Source: Lingula anatina
Taxonomy: Eukaryota > Animalia > Brachiopoda
DNA length: 64,000 bases
Assembly: GCA_051362555.1 (NCBI GenBank)
Contig: CM120646.1
Coordinates: 22,382,001-22,446,000 of the forward strand
Reading direction: 5' to 3'
This document shows, one piece after another, positions 24,915 to 38,929 of this stretch. How positions within the stretch are numbered: the first letter of the stretch is position 1; each line of letters opens with the position of its first letter. The notes under the pieces were generated by a model that saw only the letters and a program-made list of their open reading frames with translations, was not told the origin of the DNA and searched no databases. The position numbers and the translations under genes are program-made.

Positions 24915-27900
24915 GTAATACTGACAGATAGAAAAATACAAGGCTGTATGACAATTCATTTCTAAAGCCCTAGGAGAAACCATATACATTCTATGTATAC
25001 TTCCAATCAATTTACAGATAGCTGCCAGTGTCTCCGTCACCAGACTTTATCCCACTCCATCACAGAACTCATTTGCTGACTTCAGTCTCTGGCATGCAAT
25101 TTTCAAATTAGAACATTAAAGAAACATTTGCCCGTTGATTGTTATTTTTATAAAGATCCAAACGCGCCTTTATCCACTCCATCAGGTAATCATCACACTG
25201 AATTCTGATGAACAGTTCTGTTTTATCTTAACAAATGCGTGACAAAAGATGGAAAAAATATTCATTTAATCTTCTTTTCCAAGATAATTGGAATCATGGG
25301 AAATTGCAATCAAACACTACACGAAAACAAACGGCCTGAACTTGCACAAACATTATCGCAGATACAGTATTATGCACTATAGATAATATCACAAAAAAAT
25401 TAATTCACCAGGAATATTAACCGGTGTCTACAATCGATATTCTTCTCTTTGACACTTAAGAAATCTTTTAATTTTTGTAACCCGTCTGCTAGCTATTTCG
25501 AATAGGACCCAATTATCTTAGCCATTCTAAACCATGAAGAGAAAAATGAATGTTGGATGCGTCCGTCTACAAGTCAAACAATAGCGGCCAATTTGAATTA
25601 CTAATTTCTGTATGTATATAACGATGACAGAAAGTAACGATAAATTAATAAAAGCCAAGGCTTTATCGTCTCAAAACAAAGAGGAGCAACGGAAACATTT
25701 TGATTCTCGTTACAGCTAATATTGTGCTATAACTTCTATCCTATGCGTCCACACGGGAAAAAAGACTTCAAATGAAATGCAATTCGACTGCACGGATTTA
25801 GATGGGCAGGGGGTTTAATTCCATATTAACCTTTTTTGCGATGGCAGAAAATAGTTACTTTTGGCAAAGACTGAACCATTAAGCGTAAAAGGCATCATTT
25901 AATAACACTGATTATGTAGACCTTTTGTACCCAAAAGACAAACGCAAATGGGCAGTTTTCGTTCTATCTTTTGTATCAGTGATCTCCCTGATGATATTGC
26001 AGTCGGCAATTCTTTGAAAACAATAAATGAAATGTGCCGCTCCTTGTGCGAACACCCAAAACTATTGCACTCGTGGTTACGTCTACAACAACATGTACGG
26101 GGTAAGGGGACCCGGTCAGGAATCCGGTGTTAATGCGTCAAGGACCACCTCATGGCAGTGGCGGTTTTAGGGGAGTCGGCTTCACATCTACGGATCGGCG
26201 GAGCCCCCGCCCCCCCCCCCCCCCCCCCTTAAATAATTCTGGATCCGCCCCTGCATGGTGTCCTTTAATATTTTTAATATTAAATTAAAAAGTTTCGTAT
26301 TCCGTGCAAGCCCCAAGCGCCAAAACGCCGTCCTTGTGCGATTGTGCTGGAATGACATGGCGCTCGATTCTTACCGAATTAGTACATACATGTACACGCA
26401 CATCAAATAGTAAAGGGATATAACCTGTGTAGAGTAAAGGAAAATTTAAACCGAATGCTACTGTCCAAAATGTGCAACTGTTTAATTTAGAGTGGAAATA
26501 AAAGTCCAGCAATTATTTACAGTGAACTTCAGAGAGAATGCATGTACAGCACATGGTACTGCAGAACAAACCTGGATGTGTTGGCAAGACAAAATATGTT
26601 CTTATTCTAAGTTCAAGTCCAATTCATCTCCATGTTAAACGCTTTTCTCGTGTAATTTATAATGATACTGATGATGTTCAAACCACCAAGGAGTGACGCA
26701 TCAAACAAGAAAACCAATCAGCGTGACCCGACGGGCATTTCGCTTAAGAAAAAGAAATGTTTTCTCTTATTACTTCAATCGAAAGCGTCAGACTTCACAT
26801 TATTTCACATCACTCCACATTACGGCACGCCAAGGGAATCGAAACGGCTTTCCAGAGGAAATGGACTAATGGCGCAGCCATCAAAAGGGCAATGAATAAT
26901 AACCGATTTGACCTGGTCGTGGTCTGATCTGTCAAGAGAAGCGGAACCAAAAACGACATCATTTCCAATCGCTGGCTCATTTGGGATCTGCTTTATATTG
27001 GACATTTTTAATGATTTCCCAATGAACAATTGTGACAGAACAAAGATTAAGATCAAAATCAATCTGGTTCACCATGGTTAAAAATCAGACTAGAAACTTA
27101 GACATGCAGGAAGGGGGTGGGGGTGTCGGGGGATTCAAAGGGGCGCCCTTTTGGCTTGAAAAAGGTCCCAATTTGACCTACTGTATGCTCAATACCATAA
27201 TGATGAAAATTGTTATGATTTTTTTCACAAAAAAAATATACAGGCATGACTAATACATGTGGGCAGGTTTCTCTCGAACGTCATTCCCAATCCTTCTGGA
27301 TTTTCAAAAACATTAACAGTAAAAAAGGTGAATATCCTCACATGATCTTGTTAATTTGCGCGGAAAATAAACTAGACCCCGCTTTAAAGACCGAATTCAA
27401 GCAATGAGCTGCAACAAATTAAATACTCGGTGCCTGGTACAATACGGAAATGCAGGTTAACGCTGGACAAATATGTTTAGTGCTGAGACCCTACTCCGGG
27501 AATCAAGACGTTTGCTGAAATTTGTGGAAATGCCAGTCAAGTTTACTTTTCCAAAGGGCGTATTATTCCAAGGAAAAAAGCGTTATATGAGATCATTATT
27601 TCTTAATTATACAAAGTCGGGAGCCATACCTCTTAATATGACATTAAACTGGGTGCTACATAATTTAACAAGTTATTCATTTTATTATCGTTATTATTTT
27701 TTAATGTTTAGCATATGAAAAACATGCATTTTGAACAGCACCCCTAGGCGACTAAACGTGCATGTTAAACAGGGATGGTTTTTAACAGAGGCGTAACTGG
27801 GAACATGAAGGGAAGCCCCCACTTTGTCCTCTCGTATGAAAAATACTGATTTGGGGAGGTAACCAAGACTTTTAACTGATATCTAATGCACATATTCATC

Positions 27901-28061
27901 CAAATATATCTAAAGAAAATATTGACTATTTTCTCTGTCGCGATCTCGTAAATATGGGTTGTTGACATCAAATTTGCGCTATGCAAGGATAACTTATAAA
28001 TAGTCCTTAGTATTTAGTTAATGAATAGAATCAATGGAAGCGTATTTTGCTTTCAGTGGGG

Positions 28062-28145
<84 letters not shown>

Positions 28146-31100
28146 CTCCTACCTTTTTTCTCTTTGACGCTCATATGCCGATTTCCTACCGTAAAATTGA
28201 CTCCGGCTTATTTTTTCAATTTCCAAAAATCGTGGCAGAGTGGTACCCTCTACCAAGGTGACAGATATTATAGGCTAATTTCCAAAAAGCAGAGAATCAA
28301 ATGACTGTCTATTTATCTAAAAAAAGATTTGTGATTATCTGTAAAAATCAATCGGTCGCCCTGGTAGAGGGTAGCAAAGTGACACCCACTTCCCAAGGCG
28401 CCTGTGTCCCTGTGTGAGACTGTCCAAATAACTTCATTTAGAGCAGTAACTCATTTTCTTAACTTACTGATCCTGTTAACCCAAAACTGTACCAGTACAG
28501 CAATATATATTTTAAGTTGATGCTACGTGAGAGACACTTTGATCTTTTTAACGACCCACAGCTCTAATGAAATCCGATATCCAAGGAAAAAACGTCAAAA
28601 ATGAATACAAGTCGATCAACTTCAAAATAACTTTTAATGAGGATGGATGATAGCAAGAGATTTTTAGAAAGGTACTTTGACATAAAGACGAGGGTTCGTC
28701 TGGAGCGTAGTTGACATAACAACACCAGAGAATGCGCGGTGACGCATATTAAGATGGGGCAGGGTTATGATGTCATTGATGGTGATAAAGAAAACAAGGG
28801 AGACGAGGCATATATATGACATTTCTTACAAATTGAAATCCGATGCCTGAAGAAAACCCAGAAAAGGGTTACAACCAATTAAGTTACAGATAATATTTTA
28901 AAAAAATGTAATTTAGAAATTTTATTTCAAAATGACAGACGGCGTTGTTCTATTGTTTGAATTGGTACCAAGTACAATAACCCGCACACAGTGGCATCTA
29001 CTTCCAAGTGACACAGTGACATCTACTTCCACGTGACACAGTGGCATCTCGTTCCACGTGACACAGTGGCATCTCGTTCCACGTGACAGTGGCATCTTCC
29101 ACGTGACACAGTGGCATCTTCTTCCACGTGACACAGTGGCATTTTCTTCCACGTGACACGTGGCACGTGACCATAAGTTATGGAAAAGGAGACAATATTC
29201 AGGGATCCTCCACAAGAAAGCAAGCTCAAACGATTTTGAAAAGGGTTTATTTCGTCCTTTTGTATCTATCTGACTTAATGTTATTGATAACACATGTATA
29301 TATACTATAAAAAATTGATTGGTCTATAATCCCGGAATGTTTGAATCAGCGGGATAAAACCAATGCTACAGCCAATAATAGAGATTTTAATATGATTACA
29401 ACAAAACGGCAGTGAATGAGGCGCTTTAACAGAAACTAACTAGCCTAGCATTTCCGCTGTTAAAATGAAACATTTTGATGCCGAATATGAAATGTGCATA
29501 CATCCCATTTATGTAAAGTGTAAAATAAGTTAATGAACAAAAAGCGTTTAGTCCGACTAAGCATGTATGCAATTTGTGCTTTTGATAAACACCCTCATTA
29601 ATTATTGCTAACATAATGTCTGATGGCATTTTATGGGAGGAATGCGTGTTTCAAACATGGTTTGCTTCAGATTTTATGCACGTTATTTCACGCTTCACCA
29701 CCTAACATTTTATAGGAGGAAGTATTAGCGTTTTAACCCGACCTCTGACTTGAACCATTTCAATAAGATACCGTGGTGTCGAGGTCCGCATTAATGACCA
29801 AACTTGCAGATTCATACTTGCAAGCCGAGATTTACAAATTAATTCAAGGTATTGGGAAAATTCTGAGTTATTTTAATTCTTCCAGTGAATTCCTTCGTTG
29901 ATAGTAGTTTGGCGTGCAATCTGATCACCGTTTGCTCGATCGGAAATTTCTTCGCCTTTTCAATGTTGTTTTAAAAGGTGAACGTTTTAGGTATCCCACA
30001 CTAACCAGGCCATTCACATCTGACTCTGACAGCCTGACTTGCGCTCATTTTTATCTGACCGATTTCAAATGAATTCGCGCCGAAAGCTTCTGTGCTATTC
30101 TCGTCATTACTTAATTTTAACCCCCGTTTCGATCTTCACATAGCGCTTCGGGAGCATTTTATTCCAATACCCAATGGAGCTTCTCGCTGGTCCATTGGTA
30201 GAGCAAATGCATCCAGCTTGTGCGCACGTGCTCCTGTAAATATACCATTATTGCTAGGAACCCTGTCATATGGGACATGTTGAAGGTTGTTATATTGAGA
30301 AAATCAACACAAAATAACCATTTGACACGCATGTTTTCATGTTTGGCAATCGAACACCACTATTTATCTCGGCTTTTTTACTAGGACCTTCTAAAGGCGA
30401 AGAGGTAATCTGATTAACGTTGTTAAAGGTTTCGCATTCACCTGCCAAAGAGTGAAACGAATCCTATGCATCAGAATACTTGGAGTGTGGTAACCTTGTC
30501 CATCAATGGACTCCCAGTTGGCAGGAGACGTATATCTTCATCAAAGTGATATATGCCCAGGACATGATAAAGCCAACTTTGATAAAACTGAAAATTCGTA
30601 TCATTAAAATAGTGCAACTCATTTTGACTAGATACAATCGCCAGAAAATCGCCAAGGGGCCAGGGTTTTATGCAAGCATGTTAAGATGGAACAGTAAAAA
30701 CTGATAACTCCATGGTTAAGGTTATTGTTACCCTTTATTATCATCCAAATATTGAAAATGATTTTTCTGCATCTAAGTATTCAATAATGCATCTATATTT
30801 GTGCTGATTTAAAACAATGAAAAACCCTAAATAATAAAATATCGGCGTTTATATTTTTCCTTGCAATGTGTAAGTATAGGCAACTCAGAACATTAATCGT
30901 CAATCAAACACCTGTCTATTTTAAGGTGAGATAACAATCGGTAAGGAGCGTAACTTCATCCCTGAACAAGATTTTATCACGAACATTGGCAGGGTTGTCC
31001 ACGAACGTGTGAGCTACAATCCCGTACCGTCGTTTTGTTTTAAATGTTTTTTCTATGGAGTCATGAGCCTTTAATTACAGATTTTCATTAAACAAAGTCA

Positions 31101-34100
31101 TTGTTTTTCTTTATAAACGATAAAATCTGAACTACGTTGGCAGGGTTTTGGGGTTCTAAATGGTGTCATCAAATCAGCGTTTAAACGGTGATCGTGGGTG
31201 CTCAGTTAAAAGAGAAATTTGAGAAACCGATTTTTCAGTTTTTACCCCCAAAATCGCAATTATACCGTCACCAGTAAGATAGCACGTACTAAACACTGAA
31301 GATAAATATATTACCCAAAAGAATGCATGTAAGGCAGTAAATAAGGAGTTTTGGGTAAAGGGTGGCATTTAAGCCCATGAAATGTAAAACACTGCCAAAA
31401 AGTGACGCTCTGTCTTAACAGTGTTAACGTGGTTATATTCTCTCTTCAATTTCTCTAACCTTTTGCACATTCTAAGGTGTTAAACTTATACACCTTCTAA
31501 GGTATTCAACATTCCTGTATGGAAAAATAATAGTCAAGAATTCACACTCCTGGTGCATCTCAGATACGGTAATTGTGTAAGAGATTATCAAAACCCCAAA
31601 TTTGATACAGCATCTTATTTTAATTAGATACAATCGCCAGAAAATAGCCAAAGTGCTATGGTTTCCTACCAATATGGTTAGGCAAATGAAAAAAATAAAA
31701 ACTGATAAAACTATCGATCCGTTGTCCTGATCGGGGTTTTCGGCTCCATCATCGATAAGTTAACGTGTTTTCAGCAACATCAAAGGAACTGATGAGCATA
31801 CCCGCAAAACAGTTTAAATGCAACGGCATTCTCGAGTCACTATCGGAAATACCTGCATTCAGCTAAAGCCAACGGCTAAACAACGAGGTCATGGATAAAG
31901 AATAAGTGGCTAGTGTATCGAACAACACAAAAACTTTGTGAATCATTCAGTTTAAACCTTGGTTGGATGTTAATTTATTATACATGTACCACTGTAATCT
32001 ACCAACTACGTGCTTCATCGCCTTGACTCTAGCACTGACGGTACGGTTATGATGTACTCAACAGTGAGCGCAATACCGTGTTGCAGTCACAATGTTTACA
32101 AGAACCTTCAAGAGGTGATAACGGCACCTTTTCCTGACGACTGAGTGTAGCATCTATGGGTAGCCATTGTTTCTCCGTCACAGCTGTACGGACACACACG
32201 AAGTTTGCCGAAGTTTTGAACCGCACTGTCACACCGCGGAAGCACTGCAGCCGGTACTCCACCACTTGTTGCTCTTCACTGCAACATTTAGAAGCTGCTC
32301 GGACCGATCAATATTCCGCTACAAATCTCGTACAGTAATCCATTATGACAATATACTGATGTCCTTATTTTTAAACATAAGCACTGCATCTAAAATACGA
32401 TTAATTGCATGTAAAGCAATTCTGATTACCTAATCCGAATGATAAGCTACAGGGTTTATGAATTTGAACAGAAAGAGTTGGACGTGGCATTTGTTTCAAT
32501 TGACAAATATACCGAGAGAGACAAAGACAATTACTTGCAGTTCACGCGCTGTTAATAATCTCGAAATAATTATCGATATCTAAGAAACCACGCTGATCTC
32601 TACGAGTGTTTACAGGAAATTGGCTATTCGAACAGCTTCAAAAAGCGTGATTAAAACAACTGAAATCTTATCATTGCAAAATAAATCATTTAACTTTACG
32701 CAAGTAGCAACGGGGCACATATAGGCTATGATAAGATACATCATATTCTAATTATCTGGTTAAGAAGCAATGCCGTGGTAGTCATGGTGTTGAGACCCAT
32801 GCCGCCAACAGTATGAAATAAGTTTTCTTGCTGTCATCGAGGGTGGTATATTTATTAACGTATATTGTATACCTAAATACCCAAAATGATTAAATGCAAT
32901 TTTTTAAATTTAGAACAATAAATATCAATATATTGTTAATTTATCTTTGACAAATCTATCTATAACGCAAAAAAAACAGCCAAGAACACAGGGACGCAGT
33001 GATTAAATCGTCTGCAACGATGTAAAAACTCATTTCGCTTGCAATTCAAATATTGTCAGTTATTAATTCCATTTTATCCTGAAACATCACGTAATGTAAA
33101 ACCATCAGGTTTAAAACCAGTTTTGACGACGCTCTTATTAAATATAAATGCATGTGGCGCCAAATTGACAATGAAACATAAAACGCTTATGTCACATGTG
33201 AGGGGGGAAATTCATGCATTGCACAATAAAAGCGTTTTGGTCGGAAGGTACCGCTCACCACAACCGGCATATAAATGGTTCTAGGTTTTATTTCAGGAAG
33301 CAATCGCTTTAGTTTAACCCACACTTTGATATTTTATAATCCCTGCTGTAAGAGGTACAACTAAAGAATAAGGACGTGGTGCGATATTAAAGAGGGGGCT
33401 ACCCAAGCGGTAGTAATCTAGCAGTGATGTTCAATGAAACTCATTTTTGGTAAAACTGAATTGAACAAGACTGTTTTTTCCACAAAGTGGGGTTGACAGA
33501 AGCTTCAAAGTTATGAATTTATTTTGATCCTGACAGAGTATGAATATGAAGGCATCTGAGAATTTTAGTTCAAAGCATAGCAGGAAACAATTTACGGAAG
33601 AAAATTACTGAAAAAACTCACTTTACTTAACATTTATTATTAATAGAGCTGATATCTAATATGAAAGGGTTTATACTGATTACGTCGGAAAGTTAAGATA
33701 GATTTTTGAAATAGCACTTATGACAGGCTATTTACTTTTTGCTAAACTTCCCTATCCCATTATCAATCGATTGGCAGTTTTAGTTTTTTTTTACCCTACT
33801 GATAACAGGTGCAAGTGCAATCATTGTGCAAAATGAATATATTACTGGAGAAGTCGCTATGCTATACACGTGTGAGTCCCAGTGACGATCAAACAAATAA
33901 ACTTCCTAATACAAATATCTTGAGGTTTCAGAGTAACCACAAGGAATTAGTAACACTTATTAAACTGTGTTTTAATGTGAATGTACTCTATTTCAATCAG
34001 ACACCGTAATCAGAACGTAACAACATCACCCAATGGTCGATAATACCATTAAGTTAATTATCCAGGGAAAATGTCATGGCCGCTCCAAATAATATTTGTG

Positions 34101-37100
34101 TACTAATTGGAAACAGCAGGGATGCTCTATCTGAAACTGCGCGACGCGTGGATGTCGCATGTCCAAGTGCGGAACCAAAAGGGCACAGCGAAAGGACCGT
34201 ATAGGAATAGGGGTCGGGTTAAGAACCCCGCCCCCTTTTGGTCGGTATTAAGATCTGCTCTGAATCTACATGAAATCTTTAGTGTTCTCAGTGTTCCGTT
34301 CTTAAGTTGGGTCTACTATGGGTCCAGACCAGGCTACTCTTTTAGAAAGGAAGGGGTCCTTTGAAAATGCTGGATACAGGTCTAATATAGTAGCTCAGAT
34401 AAAGAAAATAAAAATGTGCATACATGTATAAATACATTTTTCTTCAAGTATCAGGCTTGTTAAAGGCATCGACGATCATGGTAGGCTGCCCTTTAAATTA
34501 CTTGTATTTTCCATCACAGTGTATTCAAAGCAAACGATTGCTTAGTTTTCAAGCTATCTCGCTGTGCACAATGGCCTAGCTCAGTAATTCCTCTGGCCAG
34601 GTTTCGCTTTTCTGTTAGCCTACTGTTACACTCGTCTCCTTTTAATTTCCTCGCCTTTGTGTTAAAATGGCACTCAATTCTTTTTTTAAAGCATTCTTGC
34701 ACATACAACATCTACCCCTAATTAAACCTCAGCTGAGCCGTATCAATTTCTCTGGACCTGAAATATATCTAATGAAGGGGTTTGCAGTGTAACTTATCAA
34801 TCAAAAACACTGACGCTCTTGGTCTAGCAGACATGAGACATATCTATTAATATGGCAAAAATACCAATTGATTAAGGCGGTCAGTATTTGTCTGGCTTAG
34901 TGCTTAACGGTAGACTAAAAAAGTAAGGTCACCGTGACCTCATTTATTACATGCGCCATGGACAGGTATTACAGAAAGCCAACCTATGTACTGTAGCTAA
35001 AAACATTTTTATTATTTCTTAATATTAAAGGGAGGAATATCAGCTTTGGGATTTCTGGTGTTTTAAGGTATACCGGTATATTAAATCGTACTCAAGGGTA
35101 TTTTACAAACAATGCCTTTTCGAGAGGGGGACTTCTGGGATAAAGATACAGCAGGGCCTTTTCTATAGGGACAACTCGAAAAAAGAGTACAACATATATT
35201 TGACAGGAATAAATGGTAGTGTTTTGAAACTAACTAAATGACCGAAGAGACATCGAAAAACTGCCATGCGACTTGGTTCAGGGAAATATAGCAGTGGCTG
35301 CTAGTAAAGCCATTAATTGCGCCGTAGGATACAATTAATTGGCACGCAACTTGTCGTCATTTCAACCTGTCATCAATTCACTGTGATTCCATCATAAACG
35401 ATGGGAATCACGTTTATGTAATGACTATACAGTGCACTCCTATACATAAACCTAATACCGGTAATCTCAACTTGCTGATGATTGGCATTATAACCTAACA
35501 TATGTGACCCTTATCCTATGATATATACCTCATTCAGAAAAGGGACTAACTTGCCATAGGGTCAAATATGGCCGACCCACTTGAATTCTTCCCCACGGGG
35601 AATCTATTCAGTGTCTATTAGTGGATTAGACGGCAGGTTTTGTAGTGCGTCGCCATATTTGACTCTCAGACTGGTTAGTCCCCAATTCTGAATGGGGCCA
35701 TTCTGTACATCCTGGTGGCAGACAAAGTACTTGTTCAGGGTTGTCGTAACGCATGCCATGGGAGTCAAACTGCAGCCAATGCACCAATGCACCTCTCTCT
35801 CTCTCTCTCTCTCATTTTTTATTTTATTTTTTATTTTTTTTAACCTAACAATTTGTCAGCCGGATTCACGACTTAGGCAGACGACTTAATGCCTCACGCC
35901 TGTCAGGTGAAATTCTGCGTTAATCTACATTTTCAGGAAACACCTTGTGCCAGCAAATGTAAGCAATACTGATCATTTTACCTTGTCATATTTTCATTAT
36001 GGCCTAGCTGGTTCACAATAAACGCCATGTTTCTTTTGGGCTTTGGTAATCGCCCATGCAGAAACGGTTATCTTGTTCATAGGAATTTCAATCCAATGGG
36101 AAATAAAATGGATTTGCTCTTAAATATGGGAAACATGCTTTTGAAATAAACGGACTCAAATTATCGGAAGAGCATGGCACATAATTTGTCATTCCCACTG
36201 TATTGCATTTAAAAGTTCAAGGAACGATTATTCAGTGCTTTATGAAGCCCCAGGCTGTGAATAGAAGGTTTTACATGGTACCGGGGTGTTTGTTTGCAAC
36301 CTGCCGTTTGTATCAATTAAGAGTATCAATTAAGCATATTTGTTATGTGACATTTCTAGAAAAAAAACTTAAAATTTTTAAATATACAATTTTGTTACGT
36401 GCAAGGTACACTGTTTCACTGCCCTACCTCAGATAGAAAAATACATTATATACATGCATTCCTAGAGATGTTATGTGACCTTGGCAATATGCGCTTTGTT
36501 CGGCTTTAGGGGTGCTTGTAGCTGAAATGCGAGTATTTTCTCTCGGTATGTGTGTCTAACGCCTCAGGTGTTCTGGCATATATAATTCTGGTGACAGTGA
36601 ATTTTCTCACCTACTAGGAGAGAGTATTCACAACACCCTTGATCCACGGACTAACTAGTCTGCGTATCAAATATGACGCCCACTTGACAATGGATTCCCA
36701 CCTCCCAATTGTACCGTCCCAGCGGGGGCAAACCAATTACATCTCGGCGCGCTTTCAAGTGGGTGGCGCTATATTTGACCCGCGGATCTGCTAAACCGCA
36801 GATCAACTTGTTCTAAATGCGCCCCTGGACACATAGATCTAGGTGGCAAGATTCCAATGAACAAAACATACACACTGGTGTGAAATAATCCATATGTCAC
36901 AAAGAACAAATGTAAACCGTCAACTGTGGCACAATTTTTAGGCCGACTAAAATGTAGTTTACATTTCTTTCATTTGTATATAATTTCATTTGCATATGGA
37001 ATATTAAGATTGAGTATGGAATATTAAGATTGGGTTTCTGCTTCCTTATGATGGGTTTTACTTTGAGTAAATACCTTAGCTCTAAGACTTTAGTAAAAAG

Positions 37101-38889
37101 TCTACATCAGCCAGTGAGGCATTGCGTACCGTCTTCCTCCCTTTACGTCTAAAGCACCATTCTTTTTCACCCATACCCGCGTTCCACATTGGAGTTAGCC
37201 TATCAGTAATTTATCCCAGATACATGTATCCGTGATAATAACCACGCCATAACTTAACGTCGTTTCTTGTTCAATCACAGAGGACAGGTTTTTTGTATGT
37301 CTGGTGAGGTATTATTCGTATGATCACTGGAGCAAATCTTTGCATTCACAGGTCACCACAGGCAACGTATTTTTGTATCATCATTGCAACAGGAACCGTT
37401 CGATGACACGACTTTTGCCTCATGATCTCGAACGGAACTCTACTTTCAAACAAGAAACCCGGCTCATGTTTGGAAGGGATTCTAAATATATAGATAACCC
37501 CGTTTACACGTACATACGAGTTCACCTTTCAGTATAGATCCAGAATCGGTGCTTTTGGAGATGGAACAGTAAGGTCAGGGTGGCAATATTTCTCACTTTA
37601 GTAAGCTAAACCATAGCGACGGAAGCTGAATGTATGGTGCAAACCAAGAACGGCCCAGAGACGGACTAGATAATAGGTGTAAACACTATACTGATCAAAA
37701 TCAGAAATGAATAATGCAACACCGAGAGCGTTCCATCAATACTGAGAATCGTGTGCTATCGATTGGAAGTTTTTTTGAATTAAAGTACAGAGCAAAGTTC
37801 TCTGTAATATTATGACAGTGCGCTGTACTATTTATGCAGACGCATTCCCGCTTTTGAAGAGGTATGACAATTGGAGGACATCAACAGTTCCAAGGGTTGA
37901 AGATCAATGCCAAATTACGTTTGCTTAAACCGAATTGCTTCATCTCTCTGCTTCATAAATCTATAATTATATTATTGTTTACGACGCGTAACTTTCTGGG
38001 CGCTGGATAACGAGTATAAAAGGAAAAAACTCTTTATCTTCATATAGGAAAAAAGTTGCCAGTTAGTAATTTTTGTAAAACATTTCTGTATCCTATTTTT
38101 TTTAAGATAAAAACCGTACTGATTTTGGTTGATCGCGTTTGTTCACTAAAGCATGTGTAAACTGCGCCCTAATGTCATGTTAACGGGGACTCTGAGCCAA
38201 GCCTAAGTGCAACACCATCATCACTTGAAATCAAAGAGGACGTTGCGTTATGAAGTATAACGCGCCATTTGTATAAAATCAGCAGGTGTTCATGGAGGTT
38301 AATCAAGCAGAAGGCCTCCGTTTTTCTTGCTTTTAGTGCGAGTTCAGTAAGCGTACTGCGCGTATCTGTCACTTTTTGCGACCTAACCAGGCGAATGCCT
38401 GGAAGCAGGCAACGCATTATCGTTTCCGCCATTCGCCGCAGCAAGCTGTGCAATTTTTTATATGTTTTTTTCTGTTCGTGCTGATTAATTATTTTATTTC
38501 ATTTTCTTTTTTTTATTATTATTTTATTTTACCCATGAATTTTCCCCAAGACATGGTTCATATAAACATTTCCCCCCCCCTCCTCCGCCCCCCCCCCCCC
38601 CCTCCACTTTCATCTAAAATTACATACCAGCAATCATAAGATCCTGGCGGTCATCGTAAGCCAATGGAGCACACAAGTACATAGTGAGCTTCACTGGGCC
38701 TGGGCAATGAGCCGAAATTACTAAGGAAAAAAAACGAAAACGCACTCTTCACGTTTCACTAAACCGACAGCTAATCCAATGCTGTCTTCTGAAGCGCGAA
38801 GCCGCTGGCAGACGTATAGTAAACATGAGGCACCCAGAGTAGGGCTGAGGTTGAATGTAGGGGGTTGGATGGAATTACTTATAGTCATC

Positions 38890-38929
<40 letters not shown>

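Noticed and set aside
28986-29171. CRISPR-like appearance of the regular repeat
   Set aside because: Head-to-tail units with no unique spacers, eukaryotic context and no cas genes.
28922-29310. Cys/His-rich repetitive ORFs (RCHCVTW) resembling a metal-binding protein
   Set aside because: Translations of the 25-bp minisatellite; the unit length is not a multiple of 3.
32047-32433. GC-richer patch with overlapping short ORFs inside the receptor intron (nested gene or extra exon?)
   Set aside because: No recognisable protein motif, and receptor exons 1 and 2 already join in frame with a normal ECL1.
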